This document shows positions 9,831 through 18,055 of a DNA stretch of 32,000 nucleotides, one piece after another (the stretch's first letter is position 1; every line of letters begins with the position of its first letter). The DNA is taken from sequence record OZ262643.1, one strand, 5' to 3'. The notes under the pieces are model-generated. The model did no database searches, was not told the DNA's origin, and was given only the letters and a program-made list of their open reading frames with translations. The translations under genes and the position numbers were made by a program.

Positions 9831-10066
9831 GATTTAATTAAGTGTATTACTTGCCATCGTTTATGTTTGCTTAGGGGTCTTGTTTCTTGTATATGTACTT
9901 TATCTCCTATGCGGCATGTATTATTAGGATCATCAACATAGTATCTATTGGTTTTTGATACAATTTTGCCATATTTTTTATGTGATATAGGTTTTGTTTC
10001 AATTACTATGGCAGTTTTATCCATTTTATTGCTTACTACTATTCCAATAGTTTCTTTTCTAGGCAT
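9827..10066 (-). CDS. rps17: 30S ribosomal protein S17
   Basis: 79-aa ORF with [11 protein letters not shown]......H.KYGK and ...GD.V.I.E.RP.SK.K.W. Its TGA stop overlaps the rpl14 ATG (ATGA). Confidence 0.93.
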   Translation of the reverse strand: MPRKETIGIVVSNKMDKTAIVIETKPISHKKYGKIVSKTNRYYVDDPNNTCRIGDKVHIQETRPLSKHKRWQVIHLIKS

Positions 10067-10080
10067 ATAATATTTGTATG

Positions 10081-10278
10081 TTATTTTATAATTCTATTTA
10101 AGCTTTTAATTTTAGATATTTTGCTCTTTATTTCTCTAGCTAAATGTGGTTTAAAATTTTGTTTAGTTTTTTGTTTAATTTTTAATAGTACTAATTCTTT
10201 TTTTAAATTAATGATGAGTTCTTCTTGTTTACCTTCATCTTGATTCAAAGCTGTTTTAAATTGATTTATGCTGCCCAT
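10081..10278 (-). CDS. rpl29: 50S ribosomal protein L29
   Basis: 65-aa helical, basic ORF in the conserved slot between rpl16 and rps17. The L29-like pattern L..EL..LK.K is present. Confidence 0.85.
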   Translation of the reverse strand: MGSINQFKTALNQDEGKQEELIINLKKELVLLKIKQKTKQNFKPHLAREIKSKISKIKSLNRIIK

Positions 10279-10301
10279 GTCTGTTGTTATGATTCTAGTT
10301 T

Positions 10302-10706
10302 TTATTTGATTATAAACTTTGTTTTTATTGGTAGTTTATAGGATGCTAATTTCATTGCTTGTTCTGCTATATTCTGAGGTACTCCTGCAATTTCAAATAT
10401 CATATGTCCTGGTTTGATAACTGCAACCCAATATTCAGGAGCTCCTTTACCCGATCCCATCCTGGTTTCAGCAGGTCTAGCTGTTACTGGTTTATCTGGA
10501 AATACTCTAATCCATAATTTTCCCCCTCTTTTTACGTACCTTGTTATGGTTCTTCTGGTTGCTTCTATTTGCCTAGAAGTTAACCATGTAGGTTCATTTG
10601 CTTGTAGGCCGTAATCTCCAAATATGATTGTGTTGCCTTTGCTTGCCTTTCCTTTCATTCTTCCGCGGTGCTGTTTTCTGAATTTTGTTCTTTTGGGACT
10701 TAACAT
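10302..10706 (-). CDS. rpl16: 50S ribosomal protein L16
   Basis: 134-aa ORF starting [19 protein letters not shown], with ...RMGSGKG.PEYWVAV.KPG...FE. Confidence 0.97.
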   Translation of the reverse strand: MLSPKRTKFRKQHRGRMKGKASKGNTIIFGDYGLQANEPTWLTSRQIEATRRTITRYVKRGGKLWIRVFPDKPVTARPAETRMGSGKGAPEYWVAVIKPGHMIFEIAGVPQNIAEQAMKLASYKLPIKTKFIIK

Positions 10707-10757
10707 ATGAATTTTAGTAATGGTATATGATTTATATTTAATTATTTATCTAATAAA

Positions 10758-11396
10758 TTATAGTGGTATCTGTTCACCCTTGAATAGCCATATTTTAATT
10801 CCTAATATACCATAGATAGTATTTGCTCGTGTATATGTATAATTAATATTTGCTCTTAATGTTTGTAAGGGCACCCTACCTTCGCGTACCCATTCTTTTC
10901 TAGCAATTTCTGCTCCATTTAGTCTACCTGAAATTTGTATTTTTATACCTTTTATATTAGCTTTATGTGCTCTCTGTATACCCTGCCTTATGACTCTTCT
11001 AAATGCTATTCTTTTTTCTAGTTGTTGTGCAATCCATTGTCCTAGTAATGCTGCTTCTCTGTCTGGTTCTTTTATTTCAACTATACTAATTCGAATTTTA
11101 TTATTGATATTGAGTTGTTTAGTAATCTCTTCCCTAAGATTATCAATGCCATTGCCCATTTTTCCTAAAATAATACCTGGTCTTGCGGTATGTATATTTA
11201 CTTCTATTTGATCAAGTGTTCTGTCAATTTTTATAGTAGATATACTAGCTTTATTTAATTTAATTTCTATATATGATCTAATTTTATAATCTTCTTCTAG
11301 TTTTTGTGGGTATGTTTTCATTTTAGAAAACCATGAAGATTTGTGCGACTCTGTAATTCCTATGCGAAAGCCAGATGGATGTATTTTTTGTCCCAT
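10758..11396 (-). CDS. rps3: 30S ribosomal protein S3
   Basis: 212-aa ORF starting MGQKIHP.GFRIG, with ...GRLNGAEIAR.EW..EGRVPLQTLRA.I.Y. Confidence 0.95.
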   Translation of the reverse strand: MGQKIHPSGFRIGITESHKSSWFSKMKTYPQKLEEDYKIRSYIEIKLNKASISTIKIDRTLDQIEVNIHTARPGIILGKMGNGIDNLREEITKQLNINNKIRISIVEIKEPDREAALLGQWIAQQLEKRIAFRRVIRQGIQRAHKANIKGIKIQISGRLNGAEIARKEWVREGRVPLQTLRANINYTYTRANTIYGILGIKIWLFKGEQIPL

Positions 11397-11406
11397 ATGT
11401 GATTAT

Positions 11407-11757
11407 TTATTTCTTTATATTAATTTGTATGTGGCAGGTTTGTTTTTTTATTGGAAATGCCCTACCTTGTGCTCTAGGTCGAAATCTTTTTAGAGTTGGT
11501 CCTTTGTTTGCAAATGCATTTGTGATCATAATTTTTTTATTATCAAGACTATTAGTTTGTTTTTGTTTAAGATTACTAAGTGCTGACTCTAATATTTTTA
11601 TAATAGTTTTCGCTGCTTTATAAGGCATGAATTCCAATATTAGTCTAGCTTCATAGTAATTCTTGCCTTGTATTTGTTTAAGTACCCTTCTAGATTTGCT
11701 TGCAGATATCCTAACATATTTAGCTATTGCATAAGATTCATTGATGTAACTTGTCAT
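11407..11757 (-). CDS. rpl22: 50S ribosomal protein L22
   Basis: 116-aa ORF with A..KY.RIS..K.RRVL..I.GK.Y.EA..IL.FMP and ...AFANKGPTLKRFRPRAQGRA..I.K.TCHI. Confidence 0.9.
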   Translation of the reverse strand: MTSYINESYAIAKYVRISASKSRRVLKQIQGKNYYEARLILEFMPYKAAKTIIKILESALSNLKQKQTNSLDNKKIMITNAFANKGPTLKRFRPRAQGRAFPIKKQTCHIQINIKK

Positions 11758-11760
11758 ATA

Positions 11761-12039
11761 CTATTTTCTTGTTTTTCTATCATTTTTAATGTGACTTCTA
11801 AATGTTCTTGTTGGTACAAATTCTCCTAGTTTATGCCCTATCATTTGTTCGGATATAAAGACTGGAAAATGTTGTTTACCGTTATGTACTGCTATAGTAT
11901 GCCCAATCATATTTGGTACAATTGTGGAAGATCTTGACCATGTTTTGATAGTCTCTGTTTTTTTTTGTTGATTTAGATTATTAATTTTATTTAGTAATTT
12001 ATAATCTATGTATGGTCCTTTAAATATAGATCTAGACAT
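11761..12039 (-). CDS. rps19: 30S ribosomal protein S19
   Basis: 92-aa ORF starting MSRS..KGP, with ...[26 protein letters not shown]...[14 protein letters not shown]. Confidence 0.96.
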   Translation of the reverse strand: MSRSIFKGPYIDYKLLNKINNLNQQKKTETIKTWSRSSTIVPNMIGHTIAVHNGKQHFPVFISEQMIGHKLGEFVPTRTFRSHIKNDRKTRK

Positions 12040-12074
12040 AATTATTGTATATTGATATTATTTTTTGATTCTGT

Positions 12075-12902
12075 TTATTTACGTCGACGTAATATATATT
12101 GATTACTATATTTTTTTCTTTTTCTAGTTTTTTGTCCTAATGCTGGCTTTCCCCAAGGCGTGACTGGTCTTGGTTTTCCTATTGGAGATTTGCCTTCTCC
12201 ACCCCCGTGTGGATGATCTATAGGATTCATAACTACACCCCTAACTTTCGGTCTTTTATTTAACCATCTATTTCTACCTGCTTTACCTATTGTAATATTA
12301 CCCGCATCTATATTGCCTATTTGTCCAATTGTTGCATAACATTTTTTATTAATTGTTCGTACTTCGCTAGATGGTAATTTTAATGTAACTGAATATCCTT
12401 CTTTTGCAACAATTTGTGCGTATGTTCCAGCTGCTCTTACTATTTGTCCACCTGTATTCGGTCTAATTTCGATATTATGAACAGCTGTTCCTAAAGGTAT
12501 TTTATCTAGTGGTAGTGAATTACCGATATCTAATGATACATTTTCACCAGAGATAATAGTATCTCCAATTGTTAGTGACCTTGGATGTAAAATATATCGC
12601 TTATCTCCATCCGTATAATTGATTAATGCAATTCTAGCATTTCGATTAGGATCATATTCTATACTTTTAACCTGTCCTGATATATTGAATTTATCTCGTT
12701 TAAAATCGATGAATCTATATCTTTTTTTATGTCCTCCACCCCTGTGTCTAGATGTAATCACTCCTCTGTTATTACGTCCATTAGCTGATTTTATCTTTTT
12801 TGTTAGTCTTTTTTCAGGAAATGCTTTAGTTATTTCGTTAAATGTTGATACAGTTCTATTGCGGGTTCCAGGTGTGTATGCTTTGTATAAACGAATTCCC
12901 AT
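12075..12902 (-). CDS. rpl2: 50S ribosomal protein L2
   Basis: 275-aa ORF with ...[21 protein letters not shown]... and ...[17 protein letters not shown]... Confidence 0.97.
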   Translation of the reverse strand: MGIRLYKAYTPGTRNRTVSTFNEITKAFPEKRLTKKIKSANGRNNRGVITSRHRGGGHKKRYRFIDFKRDKFNISGQVKSIEYDPNRNARIALINYTDGDKRYILHPRSLTIGDTIISGENVSLDIGNSLPLDKIPLGTAVHNIEIRPNTGGQIVRAAGTYAQIVAKEGYSVTLKLPSSEVRTINKKCYATIGQIGNIDAGNITIGKAGRNRWLNKRPKVRGVVMNPIDHPHGGGEGKSPIGKPRPVTPWGKPALGQKTRKRKKYSNQYILRRRK

Positions 12903-12936
12903 AAATTTTTTACTATGTTTGTGTAATATATTTTAT

Positions 12937-13242
12937 TTAATTATCTTCGAATAAATTAATTGTATATGAATCTTTGAGTTTAATAGTTGCTTTTTTATAC
13001 TCTTTTACTTTACCTTTAAATTTACCTACGCGTTTAGTTTTAGGTGGTGACATACTTGTATTTACTTTATCTACTTCGACATTAAATATCTTTTCAATAG
13101 CTGCTTTAATATCATTTTTTGTACTACTTTTATCTACTTGAAAACAGTAAACATTGTTTTCTATATTTTTTGTTGCTTTATCTGTAATGATAGGGCTATG
13201 AACTATATCGATTATTTGACTAATTTTATTTTTTAATACCAT
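12937..13242 (-). CDS. rpl23: 50S ribosomal protein L23
   Basis: 101-aa ORF with P.ITDKAT...ENN.Y.F.VD....K..IK.AIE..F.V.V..VNT. Sits between rpl4 and rpl2. Confidence 0.88.
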   Translation of the reverse strand: MVLKNKISQIIDIVHSPIITDKATKNIENNVYCFQVDKSSTKNDIKAAIEKIFNVEVDKVNTSMSPPKTKRVGKFKGKVKEYKKATIKLKDSYTINLFEDN

Positions 13243-13893
13243 TTAATTAGATTTTTGATTAATTATATTTAATGAGTTTTCTGTAATTATTAGTAATTCC
13301 GCTTTTAATAGAGATATGATATTTAAATGTTTAGCTTCTATTAATTCTATATTTGTTAAGTTTCTAAATGACATATATATTAATCTTGTTTTTTCTTCTA
13401 CTACTATTAAGATATTCTTATAATTATTAAGTTGGATACCCATATTACTTAGTAACTCTACAGCTTTTTTCGTTTTTGGTTGATCACATGTAATTAATAG
13501 GTTATGGATTACTTTTGTATTAGGTTGTTTATTATATAATAGGCTATTTAGTGCAAATTTTTTTTCTTTTTTATTAATTTTGGATTTGTATATTTTTCTT
13601 TTAGGGCCAAAAATAATACCTCCTCCTTTCCATAAGGGAGATCGTATAGATCCAGCTCTGGCTCTCCCTGTGCCTTTTTGTTTCCATGGTTTTTTACCAC
13701 CGCCTCTCACTTCACTTCTAGTTTTTGTATTAGCATTTCTTACTCTACCATTTGTTAGTTGATTTTTGAGTGCTCTATGAATAGAATACATCTGTTTTTC
13801 TTGATTTTCATGGATTTTGAGTTTAATAGTTACGGAAGTTATGGTATTGTTTCCGTTCGTGACGTCATATATTATTGTTTTAGTCGTAGTCAT
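13243..13893 (-). CDS. rpl4: 50S ribosomal protein L4
   Basis: 216-aa ORF with ...TKTRSEVRGGGKKPWKQKGTGRARAGSIRSP.W.GGG..FGPK. Confidence 0.92.
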   Translation of the reverse strand: MTTTKTIIYDVTNGNNTITSVTIKLKIHENQEKQMYSIHRALKNQLTNGRVRNANTKTRSEVRGGGKKPWKQKGTGRARAGSIRSPLWKGGGIIFGPKRKIYKSKINKKEKKFALNSLLYNKQPNTKVIHNLLITCDQPKTKKAVELLSNMGIQLNNYKNILIVVEEKTRLIYMSFRNLTNIELIEAKHLNIISLLKAELLIITENSLNIINQKSN

Positions 13894-13896
13894 ATG

Positions 13897-14517
13897 TTAT
13901 TTTTTATATATTTGAATAAGGTTACCGTTTTTTCCTGGTACTGCACCTTGAATAGTTAGAGTATTATTATTGTTATCAATACTTATTATTTTCAGATTTT
14001 GTATACTAACTTTATTATTGCCCATATGTCCAGCCATTCTTTTTCCTGGAAATACTCTGCCTGGTGTAGTACCTGCTCCGATAGAGCCTGGTTGTCTATG
14101 ATTTTTAGATCCGTGCGACATTGGTCCTCTGCTGAAGTGATGTCTTTTTTGGTAACCACTAAAGCCTTTACCTATACTTGTGCCAGATATAGTTACACGT
14201 CTTCCAATTGCTAGCTCTTTCACGGTTAGCACTTTACCTACATTTAAGTTCCCCATATTATCTGTTTTATATTCTGTTAAATATTTAAAGCAAGGTAGTT
14301 TTTGTTTTTTAAAGTGTCCTTTGGTTGGCTCTTTTAGCTTATTAGGTTGTACATATTCGTATCCTATCTGAATTTTGATGTGTTTACTGTCTGGTGTTTG
14401 TATTATTTTGGTTACTGTACAAGGACCTATTTGTAGTATTGTAATAGGTATTGATAATCCTTCTTTATTAAATATTTGTGTCATTCCGATTTTTTTACCT
14501 ATCATGGCTATGGACAT
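13897..14517 (-). CDS. rpl3: 50S ribosomal protein L3
   Basis: The ORF-track ORF begins at a TTG (14535). The ATG at 14517 gives MSIAMIGKKIGMTQIF, the canonical L3 N-terminus, and is preceded by aggaa. An L3 motif (...FKG.GF.G..KRH.F..GP.SHGS.KNHR.PGSIG...PGRV..GK.MAG..G) is present. Confidence 0.92.
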   Translation of the reverse strand: MSIAMIGKKIGMTQIFNKEGLSIPITILQIGPCTVTKIIQTPDSKHIKIQIGYEYVQPNKLKEPTKGHFKKQKLPCFKYLTEYKTDNMGNLNVGKVLTVKELAIGRRVTISGTSIGKGFSGYQKRHHFSRGPMSHGSKNHRQPGSIGAGTTPGRVFPGKRMAGHMGNNKVSIQNLKIISIDNNNNTLTIQGAVPGKNGNLIQIYKK

Positions 14518-14565
14518 TATTATTTCCTGTCTCAATTTAATCTGTAATTGTTCTAACTTCTTTAT

Positions 14566-14594
14566 ATTATCTGGTAATTTGATTGAATTTTCAA
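14566..14594 (-). promoter_or_regulatory. Candidate promoter of the rpl3-led ribosomal protein cluster
   Basis: The minus strand reads TTGAAA (14594-14589), 17 nt, GATAAT (14571-14566). It lies about 49 nt upstream of the rpl3 ATG at 14517, in the divergent rpl3/dnaK spacer. Confidence 0.45.
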
Positions 14595-14649
14595 CCTTGT
14601 AACGTGAATTTTATATTTTTTTATATTTTATTCGGTAATTACTACTTAA

Positions 14650-14677
14650 TTGTAGTTTTTATATGCTACATTATATA
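14650..14677 (+). promoter_or_regulatory. Weak candidate promoter for dnaK
   Basis: TTGTAG (14650-14655), 16 nt, TATATA (14672-14677), about 38 nt upstream of the dnaK ATG. Both hexamers are imperfect and the context is AT-rich. Confidence 0.25.
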
Positions 14678-14714
14678 AGAATGATTTTCTATGTAATTAT
14701 AATGGAGTTTTTCA

Positions 14715-16577
14715 ATGACTAAAGTAGTAGGAATTGATTTAGGTACAACCAATTCAGTTGTTGCTGTTATGGAAGGTGGTAAGCCAACAGTTATTTCTAA
14801 TAAAGAAGGTTTAAGAACAACACCTTCCGTTGTTGCTTATACTAAAAAACAGGATAAGTTAGTTGGTAATATTGCTAAGAGGCAAGCTGTTATGAATCCA
14901 GACAATACTTTTTATTCCGTTAAAAGATTTATTGGACGACAGTATGATGAAGTTTCGAATGAAGTTAATCAATTGTCTTATGTAGTTAGTAAAGAAAATA
15001 GTAATATAAAGCTAGATTGTCCTGCTCTTAGTAAAAGTTTTGCTCCTGAAGAAATTTCAGCGCAAGTATTAAGAAAGCTTGTGGAAGATGCGAGTACATA
15101 TTTAGGGCAACAAGTTAGTAAAGCAGTAATTACTGTACCTGCTTATTTTAATGATTCTCAGCGCCAAGCAACAAAAGATGCAGGCCAAATAGCTGGTTTA
15201 GATGTTCTTAGAATTATTAACGAGCCAACAGCTGCATCTTTGTCTTACGGTTTAGATAAAAAAAATAATGAAACTATTTTAGTTTTTGATTTAGGTGGTG
15301 GAACATTTGATGTATCTATTTTAGAGGTAGGTGATGGTGTATTTGAAGTTTTATCAACTTCGGGTGATACTAACTTAGGAGGCGATGATTTTGATCGTAA
15401 AATAGTTGAATGGTTAGTTTTAGAGTTTCAAAATGATGAAGGGATAGATTTGAGTAAAGATAGACAAGCTTTACAAAGGTTAACTGAGGCAGCTGAAAAA
15501 GCAAAGATGGAATTGTCTAGTCTTTTGCAAACTGATATAAACTTGCCATTTATTACTTCTACAGACACAGGTCCTAAACATTTAGAAAAAAATATTACTC
15601 GAGCTAAATTTGAGGACTTATGTTCTGACTTAATATCCCGTTGTCAGATACCAGTTGGTAATGCTCTAAAAGATGCTCAACTCACAAATGCTAATATTGA
15701 TGAAGTTGTTTTAGTTGGTGGTTCCACTAGAATACCTGCCATTCAAAATTTGGTTAAAGATTACATTGGTAAAGATCCAAATCAAAGTGTTAACCCAGAC
15801 GAAGTAGTTGCAATAGGCGCTGCCGTACAGGCAGGAGTTCTTGCTGGTGAGGTTAAAGATATCTTACTATTAGATGTTACACCTCTATCTTTGGGTGTTG
15901 AAACTCTTGGTGGTGTTATGACAAAGATTATCGCTCGTAATACAACAGTTCCTACTAAAAAGTCTGAAGTATTTTCAACAGCCATTGATAATCAACCTAA
16001 CGTCGAAATTCATGTTTTACAAGGCGAAAGAGAATTTACTAAGGATAATAAAAGTTTAGGTACATTTAGATTAGATGGTATTATGCCTGCTCCAAGAGGA
16101 GTTCCTCAGATAGAAGTGACATTTGATATTGATGCTAATGGTATATTATCTGTTATGGCAAAGGATAAAGGGACTGGCAAAGAGCAATCAATCACTATTA
16201 CCGGAGCTTCTACATTACCTAAAGAGGAAGTAGAGCAATTAGTGAAAGATGCTGAAGATAATGCAGCTCTTGATAAGCAAAAACGTGAACAAATTGACAT
16301 TAAGAATAGTGCAGATTCTTTATGCTACCAGTCACAGAACCAAATTAATGAATTAGGTGACAAAGTTGACCAGTCTAATAAGCAAAAAGCTGAAGATAAA
16401 ATCTTAGCGCTTAAGGAAGCGATAACTAAAGAAGATTATGATAAAATTAAAACTATACAAGCTGAATTGCAGCAGGTAATGAGTGATATAGGTAAAGCCA
16501 CTTATAGCTCTAACCAGTCCGAGAGTTCGGTGTCTAATGATGATACAGTTATTGATACAAATTCCAAAGAAGCTTAA
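14715..16577 (+). CDS. dnaK: Chaperone DnaK (Hsp70)
   Basis: 620-aa ORF with [18 protein letters not shown] and [11 protein letters not shown]-like motifs. GGAG lies 8 nt upstream of the ATG. Confidence 0.98.
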   Translation: MTKVVGIDLGTTNSVVAVMEGGKPTVISNKEGLRTTPSVVAYTKKQDKLVGNIAKRQAVMNPDNTFYSVKRFIGRQYDEVSNEVNQLSYVVSKENSNIKLDCPALSKSFAPEEISAQVLRKLVEDASTYLGQQVSKAVITVPAYFNDSQRQATKDAGQIAGLDVLRIINEPTAASLSYGLDKKNNETILVFDLGGGTFDVSILEVGDGVFEVLSTSGDTNLGGDDFDRKIVEWLVLEFQNDEGIDLSKDRQALQRLTEAAEKAKMELSSLLQTDINLPFITSTDTGPKHLEKNITRAKFEDLCSDLISRCQIPVGNALKDAQLTNANIDEVVLVGGSTRIPAIQNLVKDYIGKDPNQSVNPDEVVAIGAAVQAGVLAGEVKDILLLDVTPLSLGVETLGGVMTKIIARNTTVPTKKSEVFSTAIDNQPNVEIHVLQGEREFTKDNKSLGTFRLDGIMPAPRGVPQIEVTFDIDANGILSVMAKDKGTGKEQSITITGASTLPKEEVEQLVKDAEDNAALDKQKREQIDIKNSADSLCYQSQNQINELGDKVDQSNKQKAEDKILALKEAITKEDYDKIKTIQAELQQVMSDIGKATYSSNQSESSVSNDDTVIDTNSKEA

Positions 16578-16587
16578 CTTTTATATA

Positions 16588-16659
16588 AGCGGGTAACGCG
16601 ATTCGAACGCGCGACATCAACCTTGGCAAGGTTGCGCTCTACCACTGAGCTATACCCGC
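16588..16659 (-). tRNA. trnG: tRNA-Gly (anticodon GCC)
   Basis: The minus-strand read GCGGGTATAGCTCAGTGGTAGAGCGCAACCTTGCCAAGGTTGATGTCGCGCGTTCGAATCGCGTTACCCGCT folds as a cloverleaf by eye. It has a 7-bp acceptor GCGGGTA/TACCCGC, an anticodon stem CAACC/GGTTG with loop TTGCCAA, and a GTTCGAATC T-loop. Confidence 0.9.
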
Positions 16660-16672
16660 TTTAATAATCCTA

Positions 16673-16711
16673 TATATAGAAATGAATATCAAATATGCAA
16701 CCTTTTGTCAA
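16673..16711 (-). promoter_or_regulatory. Candidate promoter for trnG(GCC)
   Basis: On the minus strand there are two overlapping options. One is perfect TTGACA (16711-16706), 17 nt, TATTCA (16688-16683). The other is TTGCAT (16700-16695), 16 nt, TATATA (16678-16673). Both lie 13-45 nt upstream of the tRNA 5' end and downstream of the psbZ hairpin. Confidence 0.3.
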
Positions 16712-16728
16712 ATTTTTATATATTTTAC

Positions 16729-16753
16729 GTAGAATAGATAATACCTATTCTAC
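16729..16753 (-). terminator. 3' stem-loop downstream of psbZ
   Basis: Perfect 9-bp inverted repeat GTAGAATAG (16729-16737) / CTATTCTAC (16745-16753) with a 7-nt loop. It lies 18 nt past the psbZ stop on the transcribed strand. Confidence 0.5.
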
Positions 16754-16770
16754 TAATCTTTAATTTGGAT

Positions 16771-16959
16771 TTATGCAACAAATGAGTTCAGAATTCCTGT
16801 TACTAATACTAATCCTACCCATATACCTATGCTAGTATAGATGAGATTTTTTGATTTTTCCCATTGTCCTGGTGATGCTAATGTTACTGGTATTCCTATA
16901 ACTAATATAGTTGATAATACAACGAAAGCTAGTACGAGTATTTGTACAATAATTGTCAT
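16771..16959 (-). CDS. psbZ: Photosystem II protein PsbZ (ycf9)
   Basis: 62-aa two-helix ORF MTIIVQILVLAF...LVIGIPV.LASP..W..SKN......IW.GLV...GILNSF, a typical PsbZ. Confidence 0.9.
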   Translation of the reverse strand: MTIIVQILVLAFVVLSTILVIGIPVTLASPGQWEKSKNLIYTSIGIWVGLVLVTGILNSFVA

Positions 16960-17215
16960 TATGAAGTTCCTTTAATTATCTTATACTTTATAATAGGATA
17001 ATAAAATATCCTAACTAATATATTATATTCTATATTAAATTTATTAAATTATTATTTCTTATTTGTATAAATATGTATATATATTGCGTATTATTATAAT
17101 AAATAGCACAAATAACTATATTTATTGTAAATTGATATGTAATAAAAAACTTATCCCTGATATGTTTTTTATCAATTGTTGATTATTTAATTTTGATATT
17201 AATATAAGAGGTACT

Positions 17216-17353
17216 ATGCTTACATCTATAGTTCTTAGCAAATTGCCGGAAGCATATGTAATATTTCGTCCATTAGTTGATATATTACCTATAATTCCAA
17301 TTTTTTTCTTATTACTTGCGTTTGTTTGGCAGGCTGCTGTTGGTTTTAGATAG
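17216..17353 (+). CDS. psbK: Photosystem II protein PsbK
   Basis: Not in the ORF track. My translation is [45 protein letters not shown] (45 aa). It has the PsbK signature [34 protein letters not shown] lies upstream. Confidence 0.9.
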   Translation: MLTSIVLSKLPEAYVIFRPLVDILPIIPIFFLLLAFVWQAAVGFR

Positions 17354-17428
17354 TTGTGTATATTTTAGTTTGTTTTTTTTATCTTTAATGCTGTTGTTAT
17401 TATATTTTTTACATTAATTATTTTAAAT

Positions 17429-17542
17429 ATGGTTGAACCTCTTTTATCAGGAATAATACTCGGTTTAATTCCTATTACTTTGTTTGGTTTATTAGTGGCT
17501 GCTTACCTGCAATATCGTAGAGGTAATCAGTTTGGTTTATAA
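17429..17542 (+). CDS. petG: Cytochrome b6f subunit 5 PetG
   Basis: Not in the ORF track. My translation is [37 protein letters not shown] (37 aa), a canonical PetG. Confidence 0.9.
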   Translation: MVEPLLSGIILGLIPITLFGLLVAAYLQYRRGNQFGL

Positions 17543-17589
17543 GCGGAATTAGATTAATTAATTATAGTTCTTTATAGCGTCAATTTATT

Positions 17590-17613
17590 CTCTAAGTATT
17601 ATTCTACTTAGAG
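17590..17613. terminator. Shared stem-loop between convergent petG and rps14
   Basis: Perfect 9-bp inverted repeat CTCTAAGTA (17590-17598) / TACTTAGAG (17605-17613) with a 6-nt loop. On the plus strand it is followed by TTTATTTTTTAT. It lies 48 nt after the petG stop and 16 nt after the rps14 stop. Confidence 0.5.
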
Positions 17614-17628
17614 TTTATTTTTTATAGT

Positions 17629-17931
17629 TTACCAGCTGGATTTTCTGATACCTGGTAATAAACAATCATGTGACATTTGCCTGAAAACGTGCCTAGATAG
17701 TCCAAAATCTCTGTAAAAACCTCTGCTCCTGCCAGTCATCCAACATCTGTTTCTATTTCTACATTTTAAGCTATTTCTTGGTAGTTTTTGTAATTGTTCT
17801 TGTAGTTTAATATTTTCTTCAAAATTGTTTATTGTTTTTATTGAACTTTTAATTATTGTCCTTTGATTTCGGTATTTGTTGATGAGTTTTTTCCTTTTTT
17901 CTTCTCTCTGTACCATGCTTTTTTTTGCCAT
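17629..17931 (-). CDS. rps14: 30S ribosomal protein S14
   Basis: The ORF-track ORF starts at a TTG (17997). The internal ATG at 17931 gives MAKKSMVQREEKRKKLINKY......RCW.TGRSRGFYRDFGLSRH.FR.M.H..LLPG..KSSW, a 100-aa canonical S14. Confidence 0.93.
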   Translation of the reverse strand: MAKKSMVQREEKRKKLINKYRNQRTIIKSSIKTINNFEENIKLQEQLQKLPRNSLKCRNRNRCWMTGRSRGFYRDFGLSRHVFRQMSHDCLLPGIRKSSW

Positions 17932-18004
17932 GACTATTAATTTATTAATTAGCTCAAAATGTAACTCTATTTTACAGTATTCTAGGTTCGATTTCAACCG
18001 GAAG

Positions 18005-18041
18005 AACTAAAAAGATTATATATAAGATAATCTTTTTAGTT
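18005..18041 (-). terminator. Strong stem-loop between psaB 3' end and rps14
   Basis: Perfect 15-bp inverted repeat, 18005-18019 (AACTAAAAAGATTAT) pairing with 18027-18041 (ATAATCTTTTTAGTT), with the 7-nt loop ATATAAG. It begins 14 nt after the psaB stop codon. Confidence 0.6.
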
Positions 18042-18055
18042 AAATTTAATGATGA

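Noticed and set aside
16994-17013. Weak AT-rich hairpins. They are TAGGATA/TATCCTA at 16994-17013, AAAATCAA/TTGATTTT at 27909-27941, an imperfect TGATGATA/TATCATTA at 26380-26400, AAGACTAT/ATAGTCTT near 25800-25850, and ATTTCTA/TAGAAAT near 25307-25352.
   Set aside because: The stems are short (6-8 bp) and mostly A-T. They have either large loops or a mismatch on the transcribed strand. Chance occurrence is likely in DNA this AT-rich, and none sits as cleanly at a gene end as the reported ones.
16960-17215. Promoter-like hexamers in the psbZ/psbK divergent spacer, and likewise in the acsF/petN spacer (27453-27640) and the pbsA upstream region (29644-29793)
   Set aside because: There are many partial TTGnnn / TAnnnT matches, but none combines a good -35, a good -10 and 16-18 nt spacing at a sensible distance from the start codon. 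They cannot be told apart from AT-rich background by eye.
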